Source: an uncultured Dehalococcoidia bacterium
GTDB lineage: Bacteria > Chloroflexota > Dehalococcoidia > UBA2247 > RBG-13-53-26
Direction: 5' to 3'
Length of the DNA: 64,000 nt
Assembly (NCBI GenBank): GCA_964492335.1
Contig: CAZBJX010000006.1
Span: forward strand, 1,963-65,962
The notes beneath the pieces were generated by a model, which saw nothing but the letters and a program-made list of their open reading frames with translations, was not told the DNA's origin and did not search any database. Both the position numbers and the translations under genes were made by a program. Of the stretch, positions 54,615 to 64,000 are shown piece by piece (within the stretch, counting starts at the first letter, position 1; the number at the start of each line of letters is the position of its first letter).

Positions 54615-57266
54615 CTACGGCCCGCGGCGGCCGGCTGCGGACTTGTTGTCGGCCTTCCCGGCCGGCTTCTCTTCAGCCTCCCGGGCCTTCTCAAACATGA
54701 TGCCGTCATCCCCGGCGTCGATGGTCACCCGGTCGCCGTCCTTGAACGTGCCGTCCAGCACCTTGAAGGCCAGCGGGTCCAGCATGCGCCGCTGGATGGT
54801 CCGCTTCAGGGGCCTGGCCCCGTAGTTCGGGTCGAAGCCTTCGCTCACCAGGAACTCCCGGGCGGCGTCGGTCAGCTCCACCGTCATGTGGCGCTCCTCC
54901 AGCCTCCGCTGCAGGCCCCTCATCTGGATGTCGACGATCTGCATGATCTGGTCGCGGCTAAGGGTGTGGAAGATGATGATCTCGTCCACCCGGTTGAGGA
55001 ACTCCGGCCGGAAGTGCGAGCGCAGCTCCTCGGTGACGCGCTGGCGGACCTCGTCCTCGCGGTCCGGGCCCAGGTCGGTGAACCAGTGACTGCCCAGGTT
55101 GCTGGTCATGATGACCACGGTGTTCTTGAAATCGACGGTGCGGCCGTGGCCGTCGGTCAGCCGGCCGTCCTCCAGTATCTGCAGCAGGGTATTGAAGACA
55201 TCCGCGTGGGCCTTCTCGATCTCGTCGAAGAGCACCACGGAGTACGGGCGCCGCCGCACGGCCTCCGTAAGCTGCCCCCCCTCGTCGTAGCCGATGTACC
55301 CCGGCGGAGCGCCGATGAGCCGGGACACGGTATGCTTCTCCATGTACTCAGACATGTCCAGCCTTATCATGGCCTGCTCGTCGTCGAACAGGAACTCCGC
55401 CAGCGCCCGGGCCAGCTCCGTCTTGCCCACGCCCGTGGGGCCCAGGAAGATGAAGCTCCCCAGGGGGCGGTTGGGGTCCTGGAGCCCCGCCCTGGCGCGC
55501 CGGATGGCATTGCTCACGGCGCTCAGGGCCTCGTCCTGCCCCACCACGCGCTGGTGAAGGCGGTCCTCCATCGTCAGCAGCTTGTGGACCTCGCCCTCCA
55601 CCAGCTTGCTGACGGGGATGCCGGTCCAGTGGCTCAAGACCTCGGCGATGTCCTCTTCGTCCACCTCTTCCTTGAGCATCCTCTCGCCGTGGCCGGTGTC
55701 GGCCAGGCCGTCCTCCATTTCCTTCAGGCTCTTGATCAGATCCACCAGGCTGCCGTACTTGAGGCGGGCCGCCCTCTCCAGGTCTCCGGACTGCTCGGCC
55801 TGCGCCACTTCCACCTTGGCCTGCTCGATCTGCTCCTTGAGCCTCTGCATGCCGCCGATGGACTCCTTCTCCTGCTGCCACTGCGCCCGCAGGCGGTTGC
55901 CCCGCTCCTTCAGGTCGGCCAGCTCCTTGTCGATGTTGGCCAGCCTCTCCTTCGACGTGCTGTCGGTCTCCCTCATGAGCGCCTGTCGCTCGATCTCCAG
56001 CTGCATGGTGCGCCGCTGCACTTCGTCGAGATTGGCGGGCACGCTGTCGATCTCCATGCGCAGCCGGCTGGCCGCCTCGTCCACCAGGTCGATGGCCTTG
56101 TCCGGCAGGAAACGGTCGCTGATGTAGCGGTGGGACAGCACGGCGGCGGCCACCATGGCGGCGTCCTTGATGCGCACGCCGTGGTGCACCTCGTAGCGCT
56201 CCTTCAGGCCGCGCAGGATGCTGATGGTGTCCTCCACCGAGGGCTCCACCACCATCACCGGCTGGAAACGGCGCTCCAGGGCGGCATCCTTCTCGATGTG
56301 CTTGCGGTACTCGTTGAGAGTGGTGGCCCCCACGCAGTGCAGCTCCCCTCGGGCCAGCATGGGCTTAAGCATGTTGGAGGCGTCCATGGCGCCCTCGGCG
56401 GCGCCGGCGCCGATCACCGTGTGCAGCTCGTCGATGAAGAGGATGGTCCGGCCCTCGGACTCGGTGATCTCGCGGAGCACCGCCTTGAGCCTCTCCTCGA
56501 ACTCCCCCCGGTACTTGGTGCCGGCCACCATGGAGCCCAGGTCCATGGCCACCAGGCGCTTGTCCTTCAGCCCTTCGGGCACGTCCCCCTTCACGATGCG
56601 CTGGGCCAGCCCCTCGACGATGGCCGTCTTGCCCACGCCCGGCTCGCCGATGAGGACCGGGTTGTTCTTGGTGCGCCGCGACAGGACCTGGATCACGCGG
56701 CGGATCTCCTTGTCGCGCCCGATCACCGGGTCGAGCTTGCCGCGGCGGGCGATCTCCGTCAGGTCCCGGCCGTATTTCTCCAGGGCCTGGTACTTCCCCT
56801 CGGGGTTGAGGTCCGTCACCCGCTGGCCCCCGCGGATGGTAGTCAGCGCCTGGTAGATGCTGTCCCTGGTGACGCCGTGGCTGTCGAGCAGCCGGGTGGC
56901 CGGGCCCTTTTCGCCGTCGGCGACAATGGCCGTCAGCAGGTGCTCGGTGCTGACATAGTCGTCCCTGAGCCGCTCGGCTTCCTGCCGGGCGTTGTCCAGG
57001 GCCCTCTTCAAACGGGGGGACATGACCAGCTGCACCGGGCCGTATGCCTTCGGCTGCCGGTCCAGCTCGGCCTTCATCTGCTGCCTGACCTGCCGCAGGT
57101 CCACACCCAGCTTCAGCAGCAACTGCGGGACCACGCCGTCGGCCTGCTCCAGCAGGGCCGTCAGCAGGTGCTCCACGTCCAGCTGACTGTGATTGGCGTT
57201 CTCGGCGATCTGCTGGGCCGCCAGGATGGCCTCCTGGGCCTTCTCAGTGAACTTGTTCAGGTCCAT
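54615..57266 (-). CDS. clpB: ATP-dependent chaperone ClpB
   Basis: N-domain [18 protein letters not shown]. Two AAA+ modules ([15 protein letters not shown]; [15 protein letters not shown]). Long middle coiled-coil. 883 aa. Confidence 0.95.
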   Translation of the reverse strand: MDLNKFTEKAQEAILAAQQIAENANHSQLDVEHLLTALLEQADGVVPQLLLKLGVDLRQVRQQMKAELDRQPKAYGPVQLVMSPRLKRALDNARQEAERLRDDYVSTEHLLTAIVADGEKGPATRLLDSHGVTRDSIYQALTTIRGGQRVTDLNPEGKYQALEKYGRDLTEIARRGKLDPVIGRDKEIRRVIQVLSRRTKNNPVLIGEPGVGKTAIVEGLAQRIVKGDVPEGLKDKRLVAMDLGSMVAGTKYRGEFEERLKAVLREITESEGRTILFIDELHTVIGAGAAEGAMDASNMLKPMLARGELHCVGATTLNEYRKHIEKDAALERRFQPVMVVEPSVEDTISILRGLKERYEVHHGVRIKDAAMVAAAVLSHRYISDRFLPDKAIDLVDEAASRLRMEIDSVPANLDEVQRRTMQLEIERQALMRETDSTSKERLANIDKELADLKERGNRLRAQWQQEKESIGGMQRLKEQIEQAKVEVAQAEQSGDLERAARLKYGSLVDLIKSLKEMEDGLADTGHGERMLKEEVDEEDIAEVLSHWTGIPVSKLVEGEVHKLLTMEDRLHQRVVGQDEALSAVSNAIRRARAGLQDPNRPLGSFIFLGPTGVGKTELARALAEFLFDDEQAMIRLDMSEYMEKHTVSRLIGAPPGYIGYDEGGQLTEAVRRRPYSVVLFDEIEKAHADVFNTLLQILEDGRLTDGHGRTVDFKNTVVIMTSNLGSHWFTDLGPDREDEVRQRVTEELRSHFRPEFLNRVDEIIIFHTLSRDQIMQIVDIQMRGLQRRLEERHMTVELTDAAREFLVSEGFDPNYGARPLKRTIQRRMLDPLAFKVLDGTFKDGDRVTIDAGDDGIMFEKAREAEEKPAGKADNKSAAGRRGP

Positions 57267-57310
57267 GCCTCCTCACCTCTCATTCCGGGGGTTGTCGGCG
57301 CGCCGCCGCA

Positions 57311-58324
57311 TCATCCGCGCAGCCGGGCCAGCTCCTCGAAGAGCTTGCGCTCCTTGTCCGAGAGCTTGTCCGGAAGCACGACCGATACCTCCGCGAGGAG
57401 GTCGCCGTGCTGTGCCGGCTCGCCCAGCCGCGGCATGCCCTTGCCCTTGAGCCGGAACACCCGCCCGTTCTGCGTCTCGGCCGGGATCTTCAGCGCCACC
57501 TTGCCGTTCAGGTTGGGGACGGTCACCTCACCTCCCAGCACCGCCGTCGTCAGGGGCACTTTGAGCCTGGAGTGGAGGTCGTCCCCCTTGCGCTCGAAGG
57601 TGCTGTGCGGCAGGATGTGCACCACCAGGTAGAGGTCGCCGGCCGGGCCGCCTCCCATCCCCGGCCCTCCCTGCCCCGCCAGCCGCACCTTCGACCCCTC
57701 CTGCACGCCGGCCGGGATCCTGGCCTCTATGCGGCGGGACTTCCCGCTGCCGCCCTCCATCTGGAACATGCGGGTGGTCCCGCTGTATGCCTCCTCCAGG
57801 GTGATCTCTATGGGCTGCTCGAAGTCCTGGCCCCGCCGCGCCCGCCCGGCGGTGCGGTAGCGCCCGCCGGCGCCCGGGCCCGCACCGGGTTGGTCGCCGA
57901 AGAAGGTGTGGAAGAAGCTGGAGAAGGGGCTCTCACCGCCGCCGCCGAAGAGGTCCTGCAGGTCCTCCTCGGTCATGGTCTGGTAGTGGACGCCGCCGCC
58001 GCCGCGGCTGCCTGGCTGGCCGGCGCCGGCGAAACCGTAGCGGCTCCAGTCGAACGGCTGCCCGCCGGCCCCGCCGCCGGCCTTCTGCCACTGCTCGTAC
58101 TCCTTCCAGTGGGCCCCGAGCTCGTCGTACTTCTTGCGCTTCTCCTGGTCTCCGAGGACCTCGTAGGCTTCGTTGATCTCCTTGAACCTGGCCTCGGCTT
58201 CCTTGTTGCCGGGGTTCACGTCCGGATGGTGCTGGCGGGCGAGCTTGCGGTAGGCCGCCTTGATTTCCTTGGCGGTGGCCTTCTTGTCCACGCCCATTAT
58301 CTTGTAGTAGTCCTTGTAGTCCAT
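57311..58324 (-). CDS. J-domain co-chaperone (DnaJ/CbpA-like, no zinc-finger domain; Gly-rich linker)
   Basis: DYYKIMGVDKKATAKEIKAAYRKLARQHHPD with the HPD motif. Gly-rich region. C-terminal substrate-binding domains. No CxxCxGxG repeats. Confidence 0.85.
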   Translation of the reverse strand: MDYKDYYKIMGVDKKATAKEIKAAYRKLARQHHPDVNPGNKEAEARFKEINEAYEVLGDQEKRKKYDELGAHWKEYEQWQKAGGGAGGQPFDWSRYGFAGAGQPGSRGGGGVHYQTMTEEDLQDLFGGGGESPFSSFFHTFFGDQPGAGPGAGGRYRTAGRARRGQDFEQPIEITLEEAYSGTTRMFQMEGGSGKSRRIEARIPAGVQEGSKVRLAGQGGPGMGGGPAGDLYLVVHILPHSTFERKGDDLHSRLKVPLTTAVLGGEVTVPNLNGKVALKIPAETQNGRVFRLKGKGMPRLGEPAQHGDLLAEVSVVLPDKLSDKERKLFEELARLRG

Positions 58325-58491
58325 GCTCTCACCTCAGTCCGGCGTATGGCCTCCGGAGTCATCATGACCGCAACCGGTCCCTCCAGTCAATAGCTTCAGC
58401 CAGATCACTCGGGAAGCCCCGGCGGCCCTCTTCCCGCCGGCGGTCTCCAGCCTTCCCCGGCCGTTGCCCCGATCGGTCCGCCATGCCGGCT

Positions 58492-58740
58492 TCAGTTGTT
58501 GCTCAGAGCCACCTCCCGCCGCTGCCGGTGCTTCTCCGGCGCCCTCACCGTGATACAGCCGATGAGCCGGTCCGCCAGGTCCTGGCAGTCATCGTAGAGC
58601 GGGCAGTCCCGGCATCCGTTGTTCTGCCGGCTGCAGGCCTCGGCCCATCGCTCGATGATGGAATCGTCCTGTTTCTTAGGGTACCACCGGGCTCCCTTGC
58701 GGCGTCTGGGTGTTCCTTCTCTGGGTTGCCTCATTGCCAT
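58492..58740 (-). CDS. Small Cys-rich protein B (~82 aa; C-x6-C-x2-C-P-x4-C)
   Basis: ATG 8 nt after the stop of gene A. AEACSRQNNGCRDCPLYDDC resembles the C-terminal CxxCPxxxxC of WhiB-like Fe-S proteins, but the first Cys spacing is atypical. The upstream part of track ORF 58492..58950 overlaps gene A and is rejected. Confidence 0.4.
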   Translation of the reverse strand: MAMRQPREGTPRRRKGARWYPKKQDDSIIERWAEACSRQNNGCRDCPLYDDCQDLADRLIGCITVRAPEKHRQRREVALSNN

Positions 58741-58748
58741 CAACCTGC

Positions 58749-59018
58749 TCAGTTCTCGTGCGGAGAGCCGGCGCTCTTCCCGGCGCGCCGGCGGCCTTCG
58801 CGGGCCAGCCATTGCTCGAACTTCTCCATGTCGTTGTCTATCAGGCAGTCGGACAGGTAGTTGGGGAACTCGCGGCGCGCCCGGCACAACAGGCACACCC
58901 CGTGACTGGTGCGGGACTGGGCCGGGTCGATCATCCAGTGGTGTCGGCACCCGACCGCCTTGGCCGCGGCCCCCGTCGAGGGGTCTTGCTTCTCCGTCGT
59001 CGCTGCTATGTTGACCAT
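58749..59018 (-). CDS. Small Cys/His-rich protein A (89 aa; C-x19-C-x2-C-x12-C, CRHHW motif)
   Basis: Strong GGAGGG SD and high GC3 codon usage. Own TAGAAT -10 element. Zinc-ribbon-like Cys spacing. Confidence 0.55.
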   Translation of the reverse strand: MVNIAATTEKQDPSTGAAAKAVGCRHHWMIDPAQSRTSHGVCLLCRARREFPNYLSDCLIDNDMEKFEQWLAREGRRRAGKSAGSPHEN

Positions 59019-59076
59019 TGCCTCTTCCCTCCGTTCGGGATCAAGGTATTCTATCGGTGCGGGTGCCGGGGTGTAT

Positions 59077-59090
59077 GCGACTTAAGTCGC
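59077..59090. promoter_or_regulatory. Perfect 14-bp palindrome GCGACTTAAGTCGC in the divergent promoter region between small protein A and pfk (candidate operator; overlaps the -35 region of the gene-A promoter, whose -10 TAGAAT is at 59048-59053 on the minus strand)
   Basis: Exact self-complementarity read from the sequence. Confidence 0.4.
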
Positions 59091-59150
59091 CGCGAGGACC
59101 TTCCCGCCGGCCGGAGCAGGCTTGCCGGAGGTCAGCCCGGCCCGAGGACG

Positions 59151-59179
59151 TTGACACTCGGCCCCGGTATCAATAGAAT
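59151..59179 (+). promoter_or_regulatory. Consensus sigma70 promoter for pfk: -35 TTGACA (59151-59156), 17-nt spacer, -10 TAGAAT (59174-59179). Predicted TSS ~59186, giving a ~6-nt leader (near-leaderless mRNA, no SD)
   Basis: Hexamers and spacing read directly; no purine-rich SD before ATG 59192. Confidence 0.5.
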
Positions 59180-59191
59180 TTACCCACTGCG

Positions 59192-60304
59192 ATGAAAAAG
59201 AGCCGGATCGGAATCCTCACCGGGGGAGGCGACTGCGCCGGCCTCAACCCGGCCATCAAGTGGGTGGTGAAGACGGCCACGGATGACCGCCTTCAGGCGG
59301 AGCGCGGCATCGAGTGCCAGGTGGTCGGCATCCGCGACGGCTGGAAGGGGCTGGTGCGGGCCGGGGCGCCGGGCAATGACGGAGAGGGATGGCTGGTGCC
59401 CCTGGACCAGGGCATCGTGCGCACCTGGGACCGGTTCGGCGGCACCATGCTGGGCACCTCCCGGACCAATCCCTACGCCCCCGGGAACGACCAGTCGAAG
59501 AAGGTCCTGGAGAATATCGAGAGGCTGCGGCTGGACGCGCTGGTGGCCATCGGAGGCGAAGATACCCTGGGAGTGGCTGCCCGGCTGGTCCGGGAAGGCG
59601 TGAATCTGGTGGGCATCCCCAAGACGATCGACAAGGACCTCTGGGGCACCGACTACACGCTGGGCTTCGAGTCGGCGGTGAACGTCATCGTCGAGGAGAT
59701 CGACCGGCTGCGCACCACCGCGGGCTCCCACAAGAGGATATTCGTGGTGGAGACGATGGGGAGGACAGCCGGGTGGCTGGCCCTCGAAGGCGGGGAGTCC
59801 GCCGGCGCCTACATCATCCTCATCCCCGAGCACGACTTCTCCATTGACAGGGTGAACGAGCTGGTGCTTGAGGGCAGGAAGCGGGAATCCAGGTACGAGA
59901 TCATCGTGGTGGCGGAGGGGGCCAAGCCCGCCGGCTGCGGAGAGTTTGTCCGGGATGGCGGCGTGGACGCCTTCGGCCACAAGGTCCTGGGCGGCATCGG
60001 TGAGGCGCTGGCCAAGCAGATCATGGAGGCGACCAGTGTGGAGACCCGCAGCGTGGTGCTCAGCCATCTCCAGCGCGGCGGTGCGCCGTGCGCCTACGAC
60101 CGCAGGATGGGGCGGTACTTCGGCATCGCGGCGGTGGACCTCCTGGTCAAGGGCGATTTCGGCAGGCTGGTCAGCTACCGGAACGGGCGGATCACATCGG
60201 TGCCCATCAGCGAGGTGGCGGGCAGGCTCAGCCTGGTCGACGTCAGGACACAGTACGACACTGAACGGTATAATGGTCGCAGGACCATCCTGCCCGGCGG
60301 CTAG
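59192..60304 (+). CDS. pfkA: 6-phosphofructokinase (GGDC-motif type; ATP- or PPi-dependent)
   Basis: RIGILTGGGDCAGLN, GGEDT, MGR (VVETMGRTAG) and PKTIDKD motifs. Confidence 0.9.
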   Translation: MKKSRIGILTGGGDCAGLNPAIKWVVKTATDDRLQAERGIECQVVGIRDGWKGLVRAGAPGNDGEGWLVPLDQGIVRTWDRFGGTMLGTSRTNPYAPGNDQSKKVLENIERLRLDALVAIGGEDTLGVAARLVREGVNLVGIPKTIDKDLWGTDYTLGFESAVNVIVEEIDRLRTTAGSHKRIFVVETMGRTAGWLALEGGESAGAYIILIPEHDFSIDRVNELVLEGRKRESRYEIIVVAEGAKPAGCGEFVRDGGVDAFGHKVLGGIGEALAKQIMEATSVETRSVVLSHLQRGGAPCAYDRRMGRYFGIAAVDLLVKGDFGRLVSYRNGRITSVPISEVAGRLSLVDVRTQYDTERYNGRRTILPGG

Positions 60305-60426
60305 GGGCACAAAGGTCGCCGTGGCCCGGGCCTCGATGCAGAGGCCCCGGCCGTGGCGCAGAAGCTGACCCCCGCCCCCGGCCGGGGCCGGGGGCAACGC
60401 CGAATACACAACGATGGAGAGAGAGA

Positions 60427-61704
60427 ATGGGTATTACAAGAGACAAGATCGATTCGGCCATAGAGGGGGCCATCTTCGCCCCTGAAGAGGAGGCCAGGCA
60501 GCAGCATCGGCGGGACATCAAGGAACTGGCGGCATCCCTGGGGGCCTGGCCGGCCAGCATCCAGGGCCTCTACGAGGCCGCGGGCAAGGGCCAGTACCAG
60601 AACAAGACGGTGCCGGCCATCAACCTGCGGGGGCTGACGTACCAGGCAGCCCGGGCCGTCTTCCGCGCGGCCCTGGCGAACAAAGTGGGGGCGTTCATCT
60701 TCGAGATCGCCCGCTCCGAGATCGGCTACACCAAACAGAGCCCGGGCGAGTACACCGCCGCCGTCCTGGCGGCGGCCGTCAAGGAAGGCTTCGCGGGGCC
60801 GGTGTTCCTTCAGGGTGACCACTACCAGGTCAATGCCGGCAAGTACGGCGCCGAGCCCGGCAAGGAGCTGGCGGCCATTGAGGCCCTTATCCGCGAGTCG
60901 GTGGAAGCAGGGTTCCTGAACATAGACATCGATGCCTCGACGGTAGTGGACCTGGCGCATGAGTCCCTGGAGAAGCAGCAGGAGAGAAACTACACCATCA
61001 CGGCCGGCATGACGCGGTTCATCCGCGGCATGGAGCCCGGCGGGGTCACCGTATCGGTGGGCGGAGAGATCGGCGAGGTGGGGGGCAGGAACAGCACCGT
61101 GGAGGACCTGCGGGCGTTCATGGGTGGCTACGGGAGACTGCTGGGGACGGAGGTGAAGGGCATCTCCAAGATCAGTGTCCAGACCGGCACGACGCACGGT
61201 GGAGTGGTGCTCCCGGACGGGTCCCTGGCCGAGGTGACGCTCGATTTCGACGTGCTGGAGCAGATCTCCAGGGTGGCCCGGGAGGAGTACGGCATGGCGG
61301 GAGCGGTGCAGCACGGCGCATCGACGCTGCCGGAAGCGGCGTTCTCCCTCTTCCCCAAGGCCGGCACGGCTGAAGTGCACCTGGCAACGGGGTTCCAGAA
61401 CATCATCTACGACAGCGAATACTTCCCCAGGGGGCTCACGGACAAGATCGCCGCCCGCCTGGTCAACAACTACAGCCACGAGGCCAAGAAGGGTGAGACC
61501 CGGGAGCAGTTCCTGTACAAGACCAGGAAGAAGGCCTTCGGCGATTTCAAGAGGGAGATCTGGGACCTGCCCGAGGACAGCGTGCAGGCCATCGGCGAGG
61601 CCCTGGAGGAGCGTTTCTCCCTGCTGTTCCGGGAGCTCAATGTGGTGGACACGATGGACCTGGTCGCCAGGTTCGTGGGCGGCCCCCGGCCGTCCGGTGC
61701 CTGA
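60427..61704 (+). CDS. fba: Class II (metal-dependent) ketose-bisphosphate aldolase family protein (long form; fructose/tagatose-bisphosphate aldolase)
   Basis: VPAINLRG (PAVN-like), LQGDHYQ (HxDH-like metal site), GEIGEVGG, QHGAST (HGGSG-like). Directly downstream of pfk. Confidence 0.6.
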   Translation: MGITRDKIDSAIEGAIFAPEEEARQQHRRDIKELAASLGAWPASIQGLYEAAGKGQYQNKTVPAINLRGLTYQAARAVFRAALANKVGAFIFEIARSEIGYTKQSPGEYTAAVLAAAVKEGFAGPVFLQGDHYQVNAGKYGAEPGKELAAIEALIRESVEAGFLNIDIDASTVVDLAHESLEKQQERNYTITAGMTRFIRGMEPGGVTVSVGGEIGEVGGRNSTVEDLRAFMGGYGRLLGTEVKGISKISVQTGTTHGGVVLPDGSLAEVTLDFDVLEQISRVAREEYGMAGAVQHGASTLPEAAFSLFPKAGTAEVHLATGFQNIIYDSEYFPRGLTDKIAARLVNNYSHEAKKGETREQFLYKTRKKAFGDFKREIWDLPEDSVQAIGEALEERFSLLFRELNVVDTMDLVARFVGGPRPSGA

Positions 61705-61796
61705 GATCCCCTGTTCCCGGCGGACCCGGCCGGGCGGTCTCCCCTGCGAAGCGGTAGACTGTACCTGATGCTGCCCCCGGACAGCCCGTCACGAAG

Positions 61797-63587
61797 ATGA
61801 AGAACGTAAGGAACTTCTGCATCATTGCCCATATCGACCACGGCAAGTCGAGCCTGGCGGACCGCATCCTGGAGATGGCCGGCATCATCCAGACCTCGGC
61901 CATGGAGCAGGTGCTGGACAGCATGGACCTGGAGCGGGAGCGGGGCATCACCATCAAGGCCAAGCCGGTGCGGATCCCCTACCGGGCGAGGGACGGAGGC
62001 CAGTACATCCTGAACCTGATCGATACGCCGGGGCATATCGACTTCAACTACGAAGTCTCCCGCAGCCTCAAGGCCTGCGAGGGGGCGGTGCTCCTGGTGG
62101 ATGCCTCGCAGGGCGTGGAGGCGCAAACCATCGGAAACGCCTACTTCGCGGTTGACGCCGGGCTGGAGATCATACCGGTCATCAACAAGATCGATCTGCC
62201 CAACGCCATGATCGACGAGTGCCGGCTGCAGTTCGATGAGCTCCTGGGGCTGTCGGCCTTCGACGCGCTGCTGGTCTCAGCCAAGGAGGGCACCGGCGTG
62301 CCGGACCTGCTGGAGGCGATCGTGGCCCGGGTGCCGCCCCCCGGGGACGATCCCGATGCGCCTTTAAGCTGCCTCATCTTCGACTCCCACTACGATGCCT
62401 ATCGAGGAGTCATCGCCCACGTTCGCCTGTTCGCCGGCGCCCTGGCGCCGGGCGACAGGGTGATGGTGAAATCGACCGGCAAGGCCTTCGACGTCACCGA
62501 GGTAGGGTACTTCACCCCGCAGGAGTCGCCGGTGGGGAAGCTGGAGGCCGGAGACGTGGGCTACGTCGGGGCCATGATCCGGGAGGTCGCCGATATCAGG
62601 GTGGGGGATACCATCATATCCCCCGAGCACCCCGATACCCCGGCCATTCCGGGCTTCCGGCGGCTGCAGCCCATGGTGTTCTGCGGCCTCTACCCCATCA
62701 ACACCAGCGACTACGGGAAGCTCATGGCGGCGCTGGAGAAGTTCCAGCTCAACGACTCTGCCATCGTGTACGAGAAGGAGAGCTCGGCGGCCCTGGGCCA
62801 CGGGTTCCGCGTGGGGTTCCTGGGCATGCTGCACATGGAGGTGACCATTGAGCGGCTGCGCCGGGAGTATGAGCAGGACCTGATCGCCACCATGCCGTCG
62901 GTAGTGTACCGGGTGGTGACCACCAGGGGCGAGACGCTGATGATCGACAACCCCTCCAGGTTCCCCAAACCCCAGGAGATCGAACGCATCGAGGAGCCCA
63001 TGATCCGGGCGCACATCGTCCTGCCGCTGGAGCACGTGGGGCCGGTCATGGAGCTCTCCAACAACCGGCGGGGGACGCTGGTGGGCATGGAGCATCCCGA
63101 CCCCCGCAGGGTCATCATGACCTACGATTTTCCGCTGGTGGAGACCATAGCGGACTACTTCGACCGGCTCAAGAGCGTCAGCCGCGGCTATGCCAGCATG
63201 GACTACGAGTTCACCGGCTATCGGCCGGGAGACCTGGTCAAGGTGGACATCCTGGTCAACGGGGAACCGGTGGACGCCTTCTCCTACATCGCCACGCGGG
63301 AGAGCGCCGTGTCCAGGGGAAGGGCCATGGTGAGCAAGCTGAGGAGGCTGATCCCCCGGCAGCAGTTCAAGGTCCCTCTGCAGGCGGCCATCGGCGGAAA
63401 CGTGATTGCCCGGGAGGACATAGCCCCCATACGGAAGGACGTCCTGGCCAAGTGCTACGGGGGCGATATCACCCGCAAGAGGAAGCTCCTGGAGAAGCAG
63501 CGGGAGGGAAAGAGGCGGATGAAGATGGTGGGGGCGGTCGAGGTGCCCCAGGAGGCCTTCCTGTCCCTGCTCAAGCTGGAAGAGTAG
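61797..63587 (+). CDS. lepA: Translation elongation factor 4 (LepA)
   Basis: NFCIIAHIDHGKSSLADR G1, DTPGH, NKID, LepA-specific C-terminal domain; 596 aa. Confidence 0.95.
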   Translation: MKNVRNFCIIAHIDHGKSSLADRILEMAGIIQTSAMEQVLDSMDLERERGITIKAKPVRIPYRARDGGQYILNLIDTPGHIDFNYEVSRSLKACEGAVLLVDASQGVEAQTIGNAYFAVDAGLEIIPVINKIDLPNAMIDECRLQFDELLGLSAFDALLVSAKEGTGVPDLLEAIVARVPPPGDDPDAPLSCLIFDSHYDAYRGVIAHVRLFAGALAPGDRVMVKSTGKAFDVTEVGYFTPQESPVGKLEAGDVGYVGAMIREVADIRVGDTIISPEHPDTPAIPGFRRLQPMVFCGLYPINTSDYGKLMAALEKFQLNDSAIVYEKESSAALGHGFRVGFLGMLHMEVTIERLRREYEQDLIATMPSVVYRVVTTRGETLMIDNPSRFPKPQEIERIEEPMIRAHIVLPLEHVGPVMELSNNRRGTLVGMEHPDPRRVIMTYDFPLVETIADYFDRLKSVSRGYASMDYEFTGYRPGDLVKVDILVNGEPVDAFSYIATRESAVSRGRAMVSKLRRLIPRQQFKVPLQAAIGGNVIAREDIAPIRKDVLAKCYGGDITRKRKLLEKQREGKRRMKMVGAVEVPQEAFLSLLKLEE

Positions 63588-63588
63588 G

Positions 63589-64000
63589 GTGAGAGGGCTC
63601 TACGTTCACATCCCCTTCTGCATCTCCAGGTGCGCCTACTGCGACTTCTACTCATTGCCCGGCCGGCTGGACCTTCTGCCCTCCTATGTGGAGGCGGTCC
63701 TGGCCGAGGCCCGGCGGCACGCCGGCCTGTCCTTCCGGACGCTGTACCTCGGAGGGGGAACGCCCAGCCTCCTGGAGGCGGGCGCTCTGCGCCGGCTGGT
63801 GAAAGGACTGGGCCAGGCCTTCGACCTCTCCCGGATGGAGGAGGCCACCATCGAGGTCAACCCCGAGTCGGCCTCCGAGGGCCGGCTCTGCGCGGCGCTG
63901 GAGATGGGGTTCAGCCGGGTATCGGTCGGGGTGCAGTCCCTTTGCGACGCGGAGCTTGCGAGCGTCGGCCGGGCGCACAGCGCGCGCCAGGCCGTGGAGG
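63589..64000 (+). CDS. hemW: Radical SAM heme chaperone HemW / oxygen-independent coproporphyrinogen-III oxidase-like (3' partial; GTG start 2 nt after the lepA stop)
   Basis: LYVHIPFCISRCAYCDF radical-SAM CxxxCxxC in the HemN/HemW context. Classical lepA-hemW synteny. Not in the ORF track because of the non-ATG start and truncation. Confidence 0.75.
   Translation, partial: MRGLYVHIPFCISRCAYCDFYSLPGRLDLLPSYVEAVLAEARRHAGLSFRTLYLGGGTPSLLEAGALRRLVKGLGQAFDLSRMEEATIEVNPESASEGRLCAALEMGFSRVSVGVQSLCDAELASVGRAHSARQAVE

Noticed and set aside
54888-57632. 914-aa plus-strand ORF
   Set aside because: Antisense to clpB, a typical GC-rich shadow ORF. clpB is unambiguous on the minus strand.
58492-58740. 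Calling small protein B a WhiB/Wbl transcription factor
   Set aside because: Only the distal CxxCPxxxxC spacing matches. The first Cys spacing (x6) and absence of the GVWGG turn do not fit, so the protein is left as an unassigned Cys-rich protein.
59180-60409. 409-aa minus-strand ORF and other antisense ORFs opposite pfk, lepA (62364-63095) and the GRE (44272-45690)
   Set aside because: Shadow ORFs opposite well-supported genes.
1-64000. Mobile elements, prophage, tRNA/rRNA genes
   Set aside because: No transposase, integrase, phage structural genes, flanking direct repeats or tRNA-like cloverleaf candidates were recognisable by eye in the short intergenic regions. A tRNAscan or Infernal run would be needed for certainty.

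Overview
This 64 kb window is a high-GC (about 66-68%) chromosomal segment from an anaerobic bacterium. I found no rRNA, tRNA, CRISPR array or transposase/integrase by eye. The coding content, in order, is as follows.

- **1-8.1 kb:** a 5'-partial archaeal-type Ni-CODH catalytic subunit (CdhA-like, with a ferredoxin insert); a large secreted, membrane-anchored protein built from 14 tandem Asp-box/BNR-like propeller blades plus two Ig-like domains; and a minus-strand AOR-hypA-hypB array (tungsten aldehyde:ferredoxin oxidoreductase followed by Ni-insertion genes).
- **8.3-11.7 kb:** an NTF2/SnoaL (BaiE-like) protein, two SDRs, and a gamma-carbonic-anhydrase-like LbH protein.
- **11.9-20.6 kb:** a long minus-strand operon: acyl-CoA ligase, Liv-type ABC transporter (livM, binding lipoprotein, livH, an embedded PaaK-like aryl-CoA ligase, livG, livF), and a small Cys-rich protein.
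- **21.0-23.9 kb:** a NarL/LuxR response regulator and a multi-PAS histidine kinase.
- **24.0-36.7 kb:** three paralogous tandem-Lrp/AsnC regulators, each next to a redox cassette. The cassettes include a KstD/fumarate-reductase-like flavoprotein with an Fe-S partner, three two-domain OYE/2,4-dienoyl-CoA-reductase-like flavoenzymes, and an FAH-family hydratase.
- **42.6-48.7 kb:** a third Lrp cassette: a glycyl-radical enzyme of the eliminase class with its activase, a VOC protein and a Zn-dependent ADH.
- **36.8-41.6 kb:** an envelope-stress-like cluster (OmpR response regulator, histidine kinase, FtsX permease, a truncated ABC ATPase remnant, HtrA).
- **50.6-64 kb:** TreT-GalT, a thioesterase, ClpB, a J-domain protein, two small Cys-rich proteins, PFK, a class II aldolase, LepA and a 3'-partial HemW.

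The most notable finding is two thioredoxin-fold genes, each with a single in-frame TGA exactly at the first cysteine of the redox motif. One is a PrxU-like peroxiredoxin (FS-U-PHC). The other is a glutaredoxin-PDZ fusion (T-U-PYC). I interpret both as selenoproteins.

Many long ORFs in the supplied six-frame track are GC-driven antisense or over-extended artefacts and were trimmed or rejected.
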